64,000 nucleotides of DNA from assembly GCA_037044955.1 (NCBI GenBank), contig JBAOHX010000001.1, positions 107,140 to 171,139 on the forward strand. The letters are read 5' to 3'. Position 1 is the first letter of the stretch, and the number at the start of each line of letters is the position of its first letter. The DNA comes from Rhodoblastus sp. GTDB taxonomy: Bacteria; Pseudomonadota; Alphaproteobacteria; Rhizobiales; Beijerinckiaceae. Shown in pieces: positions 19,668 to 28,995 of the stretch. The notes beneath the pieces were generated by a model that searched no databases, was not told where the DNA came from, and saw only the letters and a program-made list of their open reading frames with translations. The position numbers and the translations under genes were made by a program.

Positions 19668-20363
19668 GTGAACGGCCGCACATATGCGCGCCCAAAGCGC
19701 CCGACCGTGGTGATTTGTCTCGATGGATTCGATCCCGAATATTTCGACCACGGCATCGCCAACGGCAAACTTCCGACGCTTGCCGCGCTGAGGCGCGACG
19801 GCTTCGTCGGCCACGCGCTGGCGACGTTGCCAACCACCACGAACACAAACAATACGTCGATCGTGACCGGCGTTTCGCCCGCCGTTCATGGCGTCAACGG
19901 CAATTTCTACCTCGACGCGGAGACCGGCGAAGAAATCATGATCACCGACGCCCGCCGGTTGCGTTGCGGCACGATCCTTGGCGCGCTGAGCAGCATCGGC
20001 GTCCCTACGGCCGTCGTCACCGCCAAGGACAAACTCCTCAAGGCGCTCGCCTACGAAATGGATGGGATAGCGTTCTCGTCCGAATATGCCGACAAGGCCG
20101 ATCTCTCGAAATTCGGGTTCGCCAATGGCGAGGCGCTCGTGGGGCGGCCACGACCGGATCAGTACTCCGCCGATCTGTCGCTGTTCGCGCTGGACGCGGG
20201 GCTGAAGCTTCTGCAGTCGCCGACACGTCCTGATCTGATGTATCTGTCGACCTCGGATTACGTGCAGCACAAGAACGCGCCGGGAGAACCGGATTCGGAC
20301 GCTTTCCATGTCGCAGTCGACCAGCGCGTCGCCGCCATGATGGCGATGGGGGCGACCGTCGCC
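19668..20363 (+). pseudogene. Phosphonoacetate hydrolase (PhnA, alkaline-phosphatase superfamily), C-terminally truncated
   Basis: ORF 19668..20426. PTVVICLDGFDPEYF, TLPTTTNTNNTSIVTG and DLMYLSTSDYVQH are family motifs. Homology ends at ...AMGATVA (~232 aa of an expected ~400). Confidence 0.7.
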
Positions 20364-20377
20364 CGAAGGCCGAACGA

Positions 20378-20795
20378 GGCAAGGTCTATGGACTCTATCT
20401 GTTCGCCGCCGGCATGTCGTCGGTGATGGCCTATGTCTCCGCGCTGCTGGTGATCGACACCTTCCACCTCGATTGGCGTTGGGTGTTCCGTCTTCCAGTA
20501 TTGTTGCTGGCGACGGCCGGAATCATTTTCTTTTTCGTTGCGCGCGATCAACCCTCGGACACGGGCTTTTCGCGGGCGGAAGAGCCCGAGGAAGACGCCG
20601 CGCATGCGACTCCGGAAGGCGAGACCTCGCTGCTGCGCTATCGCGGCGTGCTGCGAAACATCCGAATTCACATCGGCGGCTGCGCTCTCGGCTTTCAGAA
20701 CGCCGCTCGCTACGGGCTGATCGTCTGGGTTCCGGTGCATTTCCTCGGCGCCAACTGGAAAGCGGCCGGCGGAGGCTTGCTCAATCCCGTCTGGA
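20378..20795 (+). pseudogene. MFS transporter internal fragment
   Basis: Frame of ORF 20414..20839 (VYGLYLFAAGMSSVMAYVSALLVIDTFHLDWRWVFRLPVLLLATAGIIFFFVARDQP...). It lacks both termini and is fused directly to the PhnA fragment and the LysR fragment. Confidence 0.5.
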
Positions 20796-20801
20796 TCACG
20801 G

Positions 20802-20999
20802 TTGCTCCGCCAGGCGGTCGAACGAGGTCTGGGCGTTAGCGTCGTCGCGGATTTCGAATTCGTCGCGCATCCGAATTTGCAAATTCTTTCGATCCGCGAT
20901 TGCACGATCCAGACCAGATACAGCATCGCACATCACGCAGATCGAGCACATTCGCCGCTTATCAAAGCTTTTCTGAGGACCGTCGAACGGATGAAGTGA
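20802..20999 (+). pseudogene. LysR-family regulator C-terminal fragment
   Basis: ORF 20802..20999. AVERGLGVSVVADFEFVAHPNLQIL...SPLIKAFLRTVE matches the end of a LysR substrate-binding domain. No HTH domain is present. Confidence 0.55.
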
Positions 21000-21145
21000 T
21001 CATGCGACGGCGAACTGGCTTGCGCCGATTGGCGCATATGTTCTCGGTATGTCTTGCATGCTTTCGCTGATCGGAGCGCCAGTGTTGCGCAACGAAGAGC
21101 CAGTCTAGCCAATTGATGTTTAACGGATTTTCTGGCGTTTGAAGC

Positions 21146-21194
21146 TGGTGCTGCGAGAGAGGATTGAACTCTCGACCTCTCCCTTACCAAGGGA
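21146..21194 (-). repeat. 49-bp direct repeat: duplicated 3' half of tRNA-Thr (att-like site)
   Basis: tggtgctgcgagagaggattgaactctcgacctctcccttaccaaggga is identical to 24515..24563, which covers the tRNA-Thr anticodon stem through CCA. Confidence 0.9.
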
Positions 21195-21412
21195 TGCATT
21201 AAATGCCAAAAAATGCTGTCAAATCAATTATTTATAAGACATCACAGGCGCGAAACACCCAAAAAACACCCAGTGCCTGTCAGGAGATCTAACGAAAATT
21301 GCAAGGAGTGTCTGGGCCGCCACTGGAAGTCCTGACGCGTCGCCGACTTCACGTCAGGCTGAATAACAAGGATTGTTCGCACGAATAGCGCTTCCGACTT
21401 GGAACACGCGTG

Positions 21413-22373
21413 TCATGGACGAGCGTTTGGTCGCTTGGGCGGTGCGTATTCGAGCACCGCGTCAACCAGTCGGTTTCCGTATTTAGTCCGCATCCGCGTA
21501 ACGAACGTTGCTTCTGCCGCGACACAAAAACCGAGGTAGCCTTTTAGCTTCGCCATATGCTCTGGGTCCGTTTCCCCGAGCGCAACTTTGTGCAGCATCG
21601 CTGAGATCAGTCGCTTGCGTTCCCGTCCAATCGAGACTTTCTCATCGGGTGTAACTATTAGGCCGGTTACCATCCGGCGTTGGCCCTTGCCGTACATGCC
21701 ACGTTTCTCATCATTGAATGTGAGGCGCGGTGACTTGTGCCTAGCAATTAGAGACCGTGCTGACCGCTCGAAGCGCAACAGCGCGTCAGCGGACTCGCCA
21801 GAGACGGTGATGTCGTCAGCGTAGCGCGAATAACTAACGCCCAATTTTGAAGCGGTTTCAGAAAACCTTTGATCAAGCTCGAACATCACGATGTTTGACA
21901 GCTTTGGCGACGACGGAGCACCAATCGACAGGCACTTTGGATCGCTGGAATTCACGCCCCAAAACAAGATTTCGACTGCAAACTCGCAGGTCGGCGGGAC
22001 TTAGTTCTAGCGCGGCTTTTTTCGCAACTCTCTCCCAATCGGCAACCATTATGCTTGGGAAGAAATCCTTGAAGTCCAACTTGAGAATGACAGCGCTATC
22101 GACGTGCCTGCGAGCATTGTGCGCGATGCTACGCCCTTCGACGTAACCCATCGCGTCTGAATGCACCGGCAGTTTCTTGAGAAGCGTGTCATGCAAGTAG
22201 CGTTGGAGAATTTTTAGATCGCGGGCCGGCTGCGCAATTATCCGCGTGCCTCCGGTGCGCTTGGGAATCTCGTAGACCTTATAGCGTCGTGGCGCAGTCG
22301 CGACGATGCGCACGAGGTCCGACATCGCAATCGCTAGGTCTGCGCTGAGCTTCTGAAGCAGGCCTTCCGTCAT
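21413..22373 (-). CDS. Retron-type reverse transcriptase, frameshifted in this sequence near 21957-21990
   Basis: The N-terminal part is ORF 21873..22373 (YKVYEIPKRTGGTRIIAQPARDLKILQRYL, GRSIAHNARRH, KLDFKDFFPSI). The C-terminal part is ORF 21413..21967 (LSIGAPSSPKLSN, YSRYADDITVSG = YADD catalytic box, RRMVTGLIV = retron VTG motif). The two parts lie in different frames and join around cgaaatcttgttttgggg. Confidence 0.85.
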
Positions 22374-23337
22374 GTCGCAATCCTCGCCTTTGCGACGATG
22401 GTTCGGACGTGACGCGGTAGCGCTGCCCCCTTGTGTACCGATTGCGCAATATTAAGCTTTCGCCGGGAACTGTCGGTTATGGCAACTCCGTCATTGTATG
22501 CATAGATAAATGGATCATGATCGTAGGCGGCGAATAAATAATCTTTAGATGAATATTGGCATATATTCACCCACCCTACGAGGCGCAAGCAGTATATCGC
22601 GTTTCTTATCTCCCGTTCGGTCAATTCTGGTCTTAAGGCAAGGACTATCTCGTACAATTGTTGACGCGTTATCGCGTAATATACATATATAACCCATAAT
22701 ATCACAAAGAATTTTGACTCAGATTTAAGTTTAGAATATAACTCACTCTTCGGGATCGCTGCTAGTTGCTGCTTGATGAATTTGATCATTTCGCGCTTAT
22801 GCGGACTTGCTGACCTAACAATGAGCGTCCCCTTCTTGCTCGTCTTCCAAGGATAAATTCCGACGAAGTCGCTGTTATCTTTCTTTATTCTTTCGACCGG
22901 GCCATATCTGATGAAGATTCTTCATTTGCGTGTTGTTCCTTGAGTATAATTCGCAGCTTGCTGCGCATAATGTGATTGCTGGCAAACGCACCCAATTCCG
23001 CAAGGCTTCCTGGGCTTTCAGCTATAACAAGAATAATAGATGCGATTTGAGCGATATCTTCCTCAAATGTAATTAGGTCCGAGTACGCAGTCTCTCGATA
23101 AAGTTGATTTGCAGCTTCAGCCAATATGACTTGCCCGTCGAGAGGGGTCTTTGGCTTAAAATTGCGGAGTATGTAGTCGCGCAAACTTGGCGGCGGATTT
23201 GGTGCCTTAATCAGGCCGCCGCAGAGAAAAATAGGCTTCGAGGGGCGACTGATGCGAAGCTTATCTTTGTTGAGGTCGCTAAAAAGACCGAGTATCTCGT
23301 CAGTCAATTGCTCTTTACCTTTGAAAGGCAGGAACAA
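22370..23337 (-). CDS. Candidate retron effector: NDT/TIR-like (flavodoxin-fold) N-domain fused to a winged-helix C-domain, frameshifted near 22885-22925
   Basis: ORF 22885..23337 carries KPIFLCGG...IILVIAESPGSLAELGAFA (nucleoside-deoxyribosyltransferase/TIR-like pattern). ORF 22370..22789 stays open upstream to 22921 (RIFIRYGPVERIKKDNSDFVGIYPWKTSKKGTLIV...) and contains the wHTH-like ITRQQLYEIVLALRPELTEREIRNAIYCLRLVGWV. Its stop overlaps the RT start. The start is uncertain: TTG 23337 lies inside the msd hairpin, and the alternative TTG 23307 lies just after repeat a1. Confidence 0.6.
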
Positions 23338-23496
23338 GGGTTGAGAGTTATCGGTACCGCAGGGCGAGGAGCGAAGCGACGAGAGATAACTCTCAAGCCT
23401 TGTTCCTGCCGTTAAGCGCCGACAATAACGTACCGTCTGGCGAATCGCCCGACAAAGCCGAGTTTAAGATGATTCGGCTCGCACGCGTAAAGAGCA
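23309..23496 (-). ncRNA. Candidate retron msr-msd non-coding RNA
   Basis: A 10-nt inverted repeat (transcript 5' UGCUCUUUAC, from 23496..23487, pairs with 3' GUAAAGAGCA, from 23318..23309) acts as a2/a1. A G follows a2 directly (23486), the candidate branching G. Small msr hairpins are present (AGCCGA-N12-UCGGCU; GUCGGGCGAUUCGCCAGAC). A long msd-like hairpin with 26-nt arms and one mismatch spans 23327..23410. TTGACG (-35-like, 23530..23525) lies upstream. Its position upstream of effector and RT matches Sen2/St85-type order. Confidence 0.5.
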
Positions 23497-23565
23497 GTGC
23501 TTTGTCGCCGATTCGGCGCGCCAACGTCAACAGAGCCATACGATGATGGCGAGGCGCGACGCGGT

Positions 23566-23787
23566 TTAAAGACCAGCTTCTCGGAGAAGAGCCGACGCGG
23601 AGGTCTCAAGGGCCTCGGCAATTTTGTTGATGTTGACTAGGCTTACGTTGCGCTCCCCTCTTTCGACGCCGCCGATGTAGGTCCGATCAAGGTTGCTCGC
23701 GGCTGCAAGCCCCTCTTGAGAGAAGTTCAAGGCCTTCCGGCGGGCTCGAACAGCAGCCCCAAAAGATGTGAGCGCCTCACTTTTCAT
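23566..23787 (-). CDS. XRE-family helix-turn-helix transcriptional regulator
   Basis: ORF 23566..23817 with ATG 23787. The HTH_3 pattern is FGAAVRARRKALNFSQEGLAAASNLDRTYIGGVERGERNVSLVNINKIAEAL. Confidence 0.8.
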   Translation of the reverse strand: MKSEALTSFGAAVRARRKALNFSQEGLAAASNLDRTYIGGVERGERNVSLVNINKIAEALETSASALLREAGL

Positions 23788-23850
23788 ATTGCTGCACACG
23801 CGTGGAGTGAGCAGCAATTCGTTCGGCTGATGACAATAAGTCTACGGACT

Positions 23851-23917
23851 ATAAGTATCAAAATTGTGTGGAGAATGTAGCATATGGGTGGCTGCTGCGG
23901 CTGGATTTGATACTTAT
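23851..23917. promoter_or_regulatory. Perfect 12-bp inverted repeat ATAAGTATCAAA / TTTGATACTTAT in a divergent promoter region
   Basis: Read directly at 23851..23862 and 23906..23917, between the divergently transcribed XRE gene and the excisionase-like gene. Candidate operator pair. Confidence 0.4.
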
Positions 23918-23937
23918 GGTCATCATCGAGGAGGGCT

Positions 23938-24312
23938 ATGCCGATGATGTGTGACGGAGGGGATCAAAGGCTGGTGTTCACGGCAAACGAGGTCGCCGCG
24001 ATGCTTCAAGTTTCTATGGCAACGCTACGGCGGCTGACGGCTCACGCGCCGCACTACCGAATGGCAGGACGAAAGCGGGTCTTCACAAGAGATGACTTAG
24101 CCCGATTTTTGGAAGCGTTGCCCACTCCCCAAAACCATGAATGTAGCGGGGAGCCACGTGGGGGCACGTCGATAGTTCGGCGCACTGGAACCCTAAAAGC
24201 TCTGGCCAGAATTGAGCAGAGGAAGCGAGAGCGTCGAATAGCGGCCGACGCACGTCGCGAGATCGCGAAAGCGGAGCGAAGGAAGGACAGAGAAAGTTGC
24301 GGAACGCCTTAA
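23938..24312 (+). CDS. Excisionase-family / HTH_17 DNA-binding protein
   Basis: ORF 23938..24312. GAGGAGGG Shine-Dalgarno sequence upstream. LVFTANEVAAMLQVSMATLRRLTAH...RKRVFTRDDLARFLEAL matches MerR-like excisionase HTH. The tail is basic. Confidence 0.7.
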   Translation: MPMMCDGGDQRLVFTANEVAAMLQVSMATLRRLTAHAPHYRMAGRKRVFTRDDLARFLEALPTPQNHECSGEPRGGTSIVRRTGTLKALARIEQRKRERRIAADARREIAKAERRKDRESCGTP

Positions 24313-24514
24313 TAGAAAATTGTTCTCTTTCCGGGCATCCGAGCCAATTCTGCAATGTCCCCGAGTGTCTGTGAGTGTCCGTGCGTGCGGAAAACATCGT
24401 GAATACAATGTATTAGGAAATAGCGCTCCCTACAAATGGGTGTTTTTCAGTGGCAAGTTGTAGGACAATAATGCCTGTCAACAATTGAGAAATACCAATA
24501 GTTTCAATTATTTA

Positions 24515-24589
<75 letters not shown>

Positions 24590-24863
24590 TTTGGGTCGGG
24601 CGCGGCGGGGCCGGCGCGGGACGGCGCGCTTGTGCCACAGCGTCGCCGGCATGACAAGCGCGGTCGCTTGACGGCTCCTCCGCCATGCCCATGCCCCTCG
24701 AGGCGGAGAGCCCCAGGCGATCTTGCGAGCTTTCCCGCCTTCCGCTGGCGGAAAATCCGGGACCGCCGCGATCGGACGGCGCCGGCCAGTTCCGGCCTGC
24801 GGCTTGCAGGTCATGGCTTTGGCCCCTAAACATGCGCCGGATTGAAACGGGGGCGCTTCCCGC

Positions 24864-25061
24864 ATGAGCAAGGCCGGCCCGAAGGGCGGCGCAAAGGGTG
24901 GTGATCGCGCGAGCCGGCTGTCGAGCGCGTTGCGCGACAATCTGCGCCGGCGCAAGGCGGCGACCCGTCCGGCGGAGGGCGGGGGCGAGAAGCCGGCCGG
25001 CGACGGACGCCCAAATGCCACACCGCCGCAGAAAACGGCGGACGGGGGGCGCGAAGACTGA
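24864..25061 (+). CDS. Small basic hypothetical protein (65 aa)
   Basis: ORF 24864..25061 (MSKAGPKGGAKGGDRASRLSSALRDNLRRRKAA...). It resembles small Lys/Arg-rich proteins often found upstream of murA in alphaproteobacteria. This rests on recollection only. Confidence 0.35.
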   Translation: MSKAGPKGGAKGGDRASRLSSALRDNLRRRKAATRPAEGGGEKPAGDGRPNATPPQKTADGGRED

Positions 25062-25187
25062 ATCGGCCCTTGGTCCGCCACATTGCATGGGCTTGTGCAA
25101 GAGGGCGCGAGCAGGGTTTGTTCGGGCGGCTCGCCCGCGAAAATCGTACTGAGGGGCGCCGGCGCGCGGCCCCGGAAGCGAGGTTTG

Positions 25188-26480
25188 ATGGATCGCATTC
25201 GCATCGTCGGCGGCCACCGTCTCAACGGGACCATTCCGATTTCCGGCGCCAAGAACGCCGCCCTGCCGCTGATGATCGCCTCGCTCCTGACCGAAGGCAC
25301 GCTGACGCTGGAAAACCTGCCGCGCCTCGCCGACGTGTCGCAGCTCGCCCGCATTCTGGCCAATCACGGCGTCGACTACACGATCGAGGGCAAGCGCTCC
25401 GGCGATTCGGACACGCAGGGCCAGACCGTGCATCTGGCCGCCCGCCAGATCGTCGATACGACCGCGCCCTACGACCTCGTCTCCAAGATGCGCGCCTCCT
25501 TCTGGGTGCTGGCGCCGCTGGTCGCCCGCATGGGCGAGGCGAAAGTCTCGCTGCCGGGCGGCTGCGCCATCGGCACGCGCCCGGTCGACCTGCTGCTCAT
25601 GGCGATGAAGGAACTGGGCGCGGACATCGAGATCGAGGGCGGCTACGCCATCGCCCGCGCCAGGAACGGCCTCAAGGGCGGCGACATCCTCTTCCCGAAG
25701 GTCACGGTCGGCGGCACGCATACGGCGCTGATGGGCGCCAGCCTCGCGCACGGAACCACGGTCATCCACAACGCCGCGCGAGAACCGGAAATCGTCGATC
25801 TCGCGGAATGCCTGATGAAAATGGGCGCCAAGATCAAGGGCGCGGGCACCAAGACCATCGAGGTGACCGGCGTGACCCGCCTCAACGGCGCCCGCCATGC
25901 CGTGCTGCCTGACCGCATCGAGACCGGCACCTACGCCATGGCCGTCGCCATGACCGGCGGCGACGTGCTGCTGCAGGGCGCGCGCGCCGATCTGCTGCAA
26001 GCCGCGCTCGACGTGGTCGCGGAGACCGGCGCGAAGGTCACCCAGACCAACGACGGCGTGCGCATCTATCGCAATGGCGGCGCGATCCAGCCGGTCGACG
26101 TCGTCACCGAACCCTATCCGGGCTTCCCGACCGACCTGCAGGCGCAGTTGATGGCGCTCGTCACCCGCGCCAACGGCGTGTCGCGCATCACCGAGACGAT
26201 TTTCGAGAACCGCTTCATGCACGTCTCGGAACTCGCCCGCTTCGGCGCGCAGATCCGGCTCGACGGCGACACGGCGATCATCGAGGGCGTGGAGAAGCTG
26301 AAGGGCGCCCCGGTGATGGCGACGGACCTGCGCGCCTCGGTTTCGCTGGTCATCGCCGCGCTGGCGGCGGAGGGCGAGACGACGGTCAATCGCGTCTATC
26401 ACCTCGACCGCGGCTTCGAGGCGCTGGAGAAGAAGCTCGGCGCCTGCGGCGCGGAGATCGAGCGCATTTCGGCGGGCTGA
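25188..26480 (+). CDS. murA: UDP-N-acetylglucosamine 1-carboxyvinyltransferase
   Basis: ORF 25083..26480 with ATG 25188. [34 protein letters not shown], the catalytic Cys loop [14 protein letters not shown], and FPTDLQAQ. Confidence 0.95.
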   Translation: MDRIRIVGGHRLNGTIPISGAKNAALPLMIASLLTEGTLTLENLPRLADVSQLARILANHGVDYTIEGKRSGDSDTQGQTVHLAARQIVDTTAPYDLVSKMRASFWVLAPLVARMGEAKVSLPGGCAIGTRPVDLLLMAMKELGADIEIEGGYAIARARNGLKGGDILFPKVTVGGTHTALMGASLAHGTTVIHNAAREPEIVDLAECLMKMGAKIKGAGTKTIEVTGVTRLNGARHAVLPDRIETGTYAMAVAMTGGDVLLQGARADLLQAALDVVAETGAKVTQTNDGVRIYRNGGAIQPVDVVTEPYPGFPTDLQAQLMALVTRANGVSRITETIFENRFMHVSELARFGAQIRLDGDTAIIEGVEKLKGAPVMATDLRASVSLVIAALAAEGETTVNRVYHLDRGFEALEKKLGACGAEIERISAG

Positions 26481-26599
26481 TTAGCCGGGGCCGCCGGCCT
26501 CCGGCCGGCCGCTGCGGTTATGCCGGCCAGAGGCCGGCGGTCCCGGCTCGCCCTTGCTTCGGGCCGCCGTCGCCCCCAAATGGCGGATGCGAGGCCGTC

Positions 26600-27073
26600 A
26601 TGACAAAGCAATGCCCCGATAGCGAAAAGCCGCTCCGCCTCATCGCCTTCGACGCGGAAGACCTTCAGATCGTCTCCGCCCACCTGCAGGACGCGCTGGT
26701 GCGCGTCGGCGACATGGCCTGGCTGCCGGAGCAGGATCGGTTCGTTCTGGGTCTCCAGCGATTCGACTGGATCGCGGCGGACGCCGGCCAGTGCGAGCGG
26801 GCGGTCGCTTCCCTGCAGTTCGATCGCGTGCGCACCGTGCGCCAGAACGGCGTGCCGCAACGCGAGCCCGACACGGTGCTGAGCCTGCTGACGGTCGCCT
26901 TCGAGCCGACCGAAGCCCCGGCGGGCCATGTTCTGCTGACATTTTCGGGCGGCGCGGCGCTGCGGCTCGACGTCGAGTGCCTGGAGGCGCATCTGCGCGA
27001 CCTCGGGCCCCGCTGGACCGCCAAATCCCGGCCCGGCCACGCGCTTGACGCGGGCCCCGGTCAAGGGTCATGA
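26600..27073 (+). CDS. DUF2948 family protein
   Basis: ORF 26600..27073 (LRLIAFDAEDLQIVSAHLQDALVRVGDMAW...). It occupies the conserved murA-hisD intergenic gene position of Rhizobiales. Confidence 0.7.
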   Translation: MTKQCPDSEKPLRLIAFDAEDLQIVSAHLQDALVRVGDMAWLPEQDRFVLGLQRFDWIAADAGQCERAVASLQFDRVRTVRQNGVPQREPDTVLSLLTVAFEPTEAPAGHVLLTFSGGAALRLDVECLEAHLRDLGPRWTAKSRPGHALDAGPGQGS

Positions 27074-27128
27074 CCTGACGGACAAATTCGGGGCGCGCGT
27101 CCTCCGCGCCCGATTCCGGAGTTCGCCG

Positions 27129-28430
27129 ATGACCCTGCGGCTCGACGCCACGGCCGCCGATTTCGACACGCGCTTCGCCGAACTCCTCGCCATGAAGCGC
27201 GAGGTCTCGGAGGACGTGGATGCCGCCGCCCGCGCCATCATCGCCGACGTGATTTCACGCGGCGACGCGGCCCTGATCGACCTGTCGAGGAAATTCGACC
27301 GGATCGACCTCGCCCAGCGCGGCCTCGCCATCTCGAGGAACGAGATCGAGGCGGCGGTTTCCGCCTGCCCGAAGAACGCGCTCGATGCGCTGGACGTCGC
27401 GCACGCCCGCATCGTCGCCTTCCACCAGCGCCAGAAGCCGCAGGACCTGCGCTTCACCGACGAGGCCGGCGTGGAGCTCGGCTGGCGCTGGACGGCGGTC
27501 GAGGCGGTCGGCCTCTACGTGCCCGGCGGCACGGCCTCCTATCCCTCGTCCGTCCTGATGAACGCCGTGCCGGCCAAGGTCGCCGGCGTGCCGCGCATCG
27601 TCATGGTCGTGCCGACGCCCGACGGCGCGATCGACCCGCTGGTGCTGGCGGCCGCCTCGCGCGCCGGCGTCGACGAAGTCTACCGTATCGGCGGCGCGCA
27701 GGCGGTGGCCGCGCTCGCCTATGGCACCAAGACCATCCGGCCGGTCGCCAAGATCGTCGGCCCCGGCAACGCCTATGTGGCGGCGGCCAAGCGCCGCGTG
27801 TTCGGCCAGGTCGGCATCGACATGATCGCCGGCCCCTCGGAAGTGCTGGTCATCGCGGATGCTAGCGCCAATCCCGCCTGGATCGCCGCCGACCTCTTGG
27901 CGCAGGCCGAGCACGATACGGCCGCCCAGAGCATCCTCATCACCGACAGCGCGGAGCTCGCGCGCGACGTCGAGCGCGCGGTGGAAGCCCAACTTTCCAC
28001 CCTGCCGCGTGAAAAAATCGCGCGGGCGAGCTGGAATGAGTTCGGCGCGACCATCGTGGTCAGATCGCTCGACGACGCGATCCCGCTCGCCGACCGCATC
28101 GCCGCCGAACATCTCGAGATCATGGCGGAGAATGCGGAGACGCTGGCGGCGCGCGTGCGAAACGCCGGCGCCATCTTCATCGGCGCGCATACGCCCGAAG
28201 CCATCGGCGATTATGTCGGCGGCTCCAATCACGTGCTGCCGACCGCGCGCTCGGCGCGTTTTTCTTCCGGCCTCGGCGTGCTCGACTTCATGAAGCGCAC
28301 GTCCATTCTCAAGTGCTCGCCGCAATCGCTCGAAACGCTCGGGCCTTCGGCGATCGCGCTCGGGCAGGCCGAACGGCTTGAAGCGCACGCGCGCTCGGTG
28401 GCCATCCGCATGAACAGAGGCGCCGCATGA
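27129..28430 (+). CDS. hisD: Histidinol dehydrogenase
   Basis: ORF 27045..28430 with ATG 27129. [35 protein letters not shown] and [13 protein letters not shown] are Zn/NAD site motifs. Confidence 0.95.
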   Translation: MTLRLDATAADFDTRFAELLAMKREVSEDVDAAARAIIADVISRGDAALIDLSRKFDRIDLAQRGLAISRNEIEAAVSACPKNALDALDVAHARIVAFHQRQKPQDLRFTDEAGVELGWRWTAVEAVGLYVPGGTASYPSSVLMNAVPAKVAGVPRIVMVVPTPDGAIDPLVLAAASRAGVDEVYRIGGAQAVAALAYGTKTIRPVAKIVGPGNAYVAAAKRRVFGQVGIDMIAGPSEVLVIADASANPAWIAADLLAQAEHDTAAQSILITDSAELARDVERAVEAQLSTLPREKIARASWNEFGATIVVRSLDDAIPLADRIAAEHLEIMAENAETLAARVRNAGAIFIGAHTPEAIGDYVGGSNHVLPTARSARFSSGLGVLDFMKRTSILKCSPQSLETLGPSAIALGQAERLEAHARSVAIRMNRGAA

Positions 28431-28903
28431 CGACAGAGACGAAGCGGCTGATCGCGATCACGCTCGACGACGCCTCGATCGGCCGCGGCACGCCGGATCA
28501 GGAGCACGAGCGCGAGATCGCGATCTACGACCTGATCGAGGACAACAGGTTCGCGCTGCCGGCCCACGACGGCGGCCCGTACGCGCTCTTTCTCGCGCTG
28601 CACGACGCCAAGCTCGCCTTCGATATTCGCGACGAGGGAGGCGCGACCATCGTCACGCACATTCTGTCGCTGACGCCGTTCCGCAAGATCCTGAAGGACT
28701 ATTTCATGGTCTGCGAGAGCTATTACGCGGCGATCCGCACCGCGACGCCGGCGCAGATCGAGGCGATCGACATGGGCCGGCGCGGCCTGCACAACGAAGG
28801 CGCGCAACTGCTGGCCGAACGGCTGAAGGGCAAGGTCGAATGCGACATGGACACGTCGCGCCGCCTCTTCACGCTCGTCACCGCCCTGCACTGGAAGGGC
28901 TGA
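28427..28903 (+). CDS. UPF0262 family protein
   Basis: ORF 28427..28903. ATGA overlap with his[18 protein letters not shown]...[21 protein letters not shown] is typical of the alphaproteobacterial UPF0262 family. Confidence 0.8.
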   Translation: MTTETKRLIAITLDDASIGRGTPDQEHEREIAIYDLIEDNRFALPAHDGGPYALFLALHDAKLAFDIRDEGGATIVTHILSLTPFRKILKDYFMVCESYYAAIRTATPAQIEAIDMGRRGLHNEGAQLLAERLKGKVECDMDTSRRLFTLVTALHWKG

Positions 28904-28995
28904 GGCGGCGTGCCGCGCGTCTCTCGAGCATGTCCCGCAAAAGTTGCAGACTTTTGTGAGAAGGATATGCGCTTTAAAGCGCCCGGAGGCTGACG

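Noticed and set aside
20933-21199. ORF 20933..21199(-), 88 aa, overlapping the partial tRNA-Thr copy.
   Set aside because: Its coding potential derives from the tRNA-derived repeat and from junction sequence. It has no Shine-Dalgarno sequence, no domain, and an implausible composition.
21957-21990. Programmed ribosomal frameshifting as an explanation for the split retron RT.
   Set aside because: I could see no canonical slippery heptamer or downstream structure. Retron RTs are not known to use recoding. Comparable frame breaks occur in unrelated housekeeping genes across the window, so mutation or sequencing error is the simpler explanation.
23307-23337. TTG 23337 as the definitive start of the retron effector.
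   Set aside because: This codon lies inside the 26-bp stem of the putative msd hairpin and has no Shine-Dalgarno sequence. An in-frame TTG at 23307 just after repeat a1 is an alternative. The start is left unresolved rather than asserted.
26493-26538. Two GCCGGCC-N3-GGCCGGC hairpins after murA, considered as rho-independent terminators.
   Set aside because: The stems are short (7 bp) and no U-tract follows. In GC-rich DNA such palindromes are frequent, so they are not called as features.
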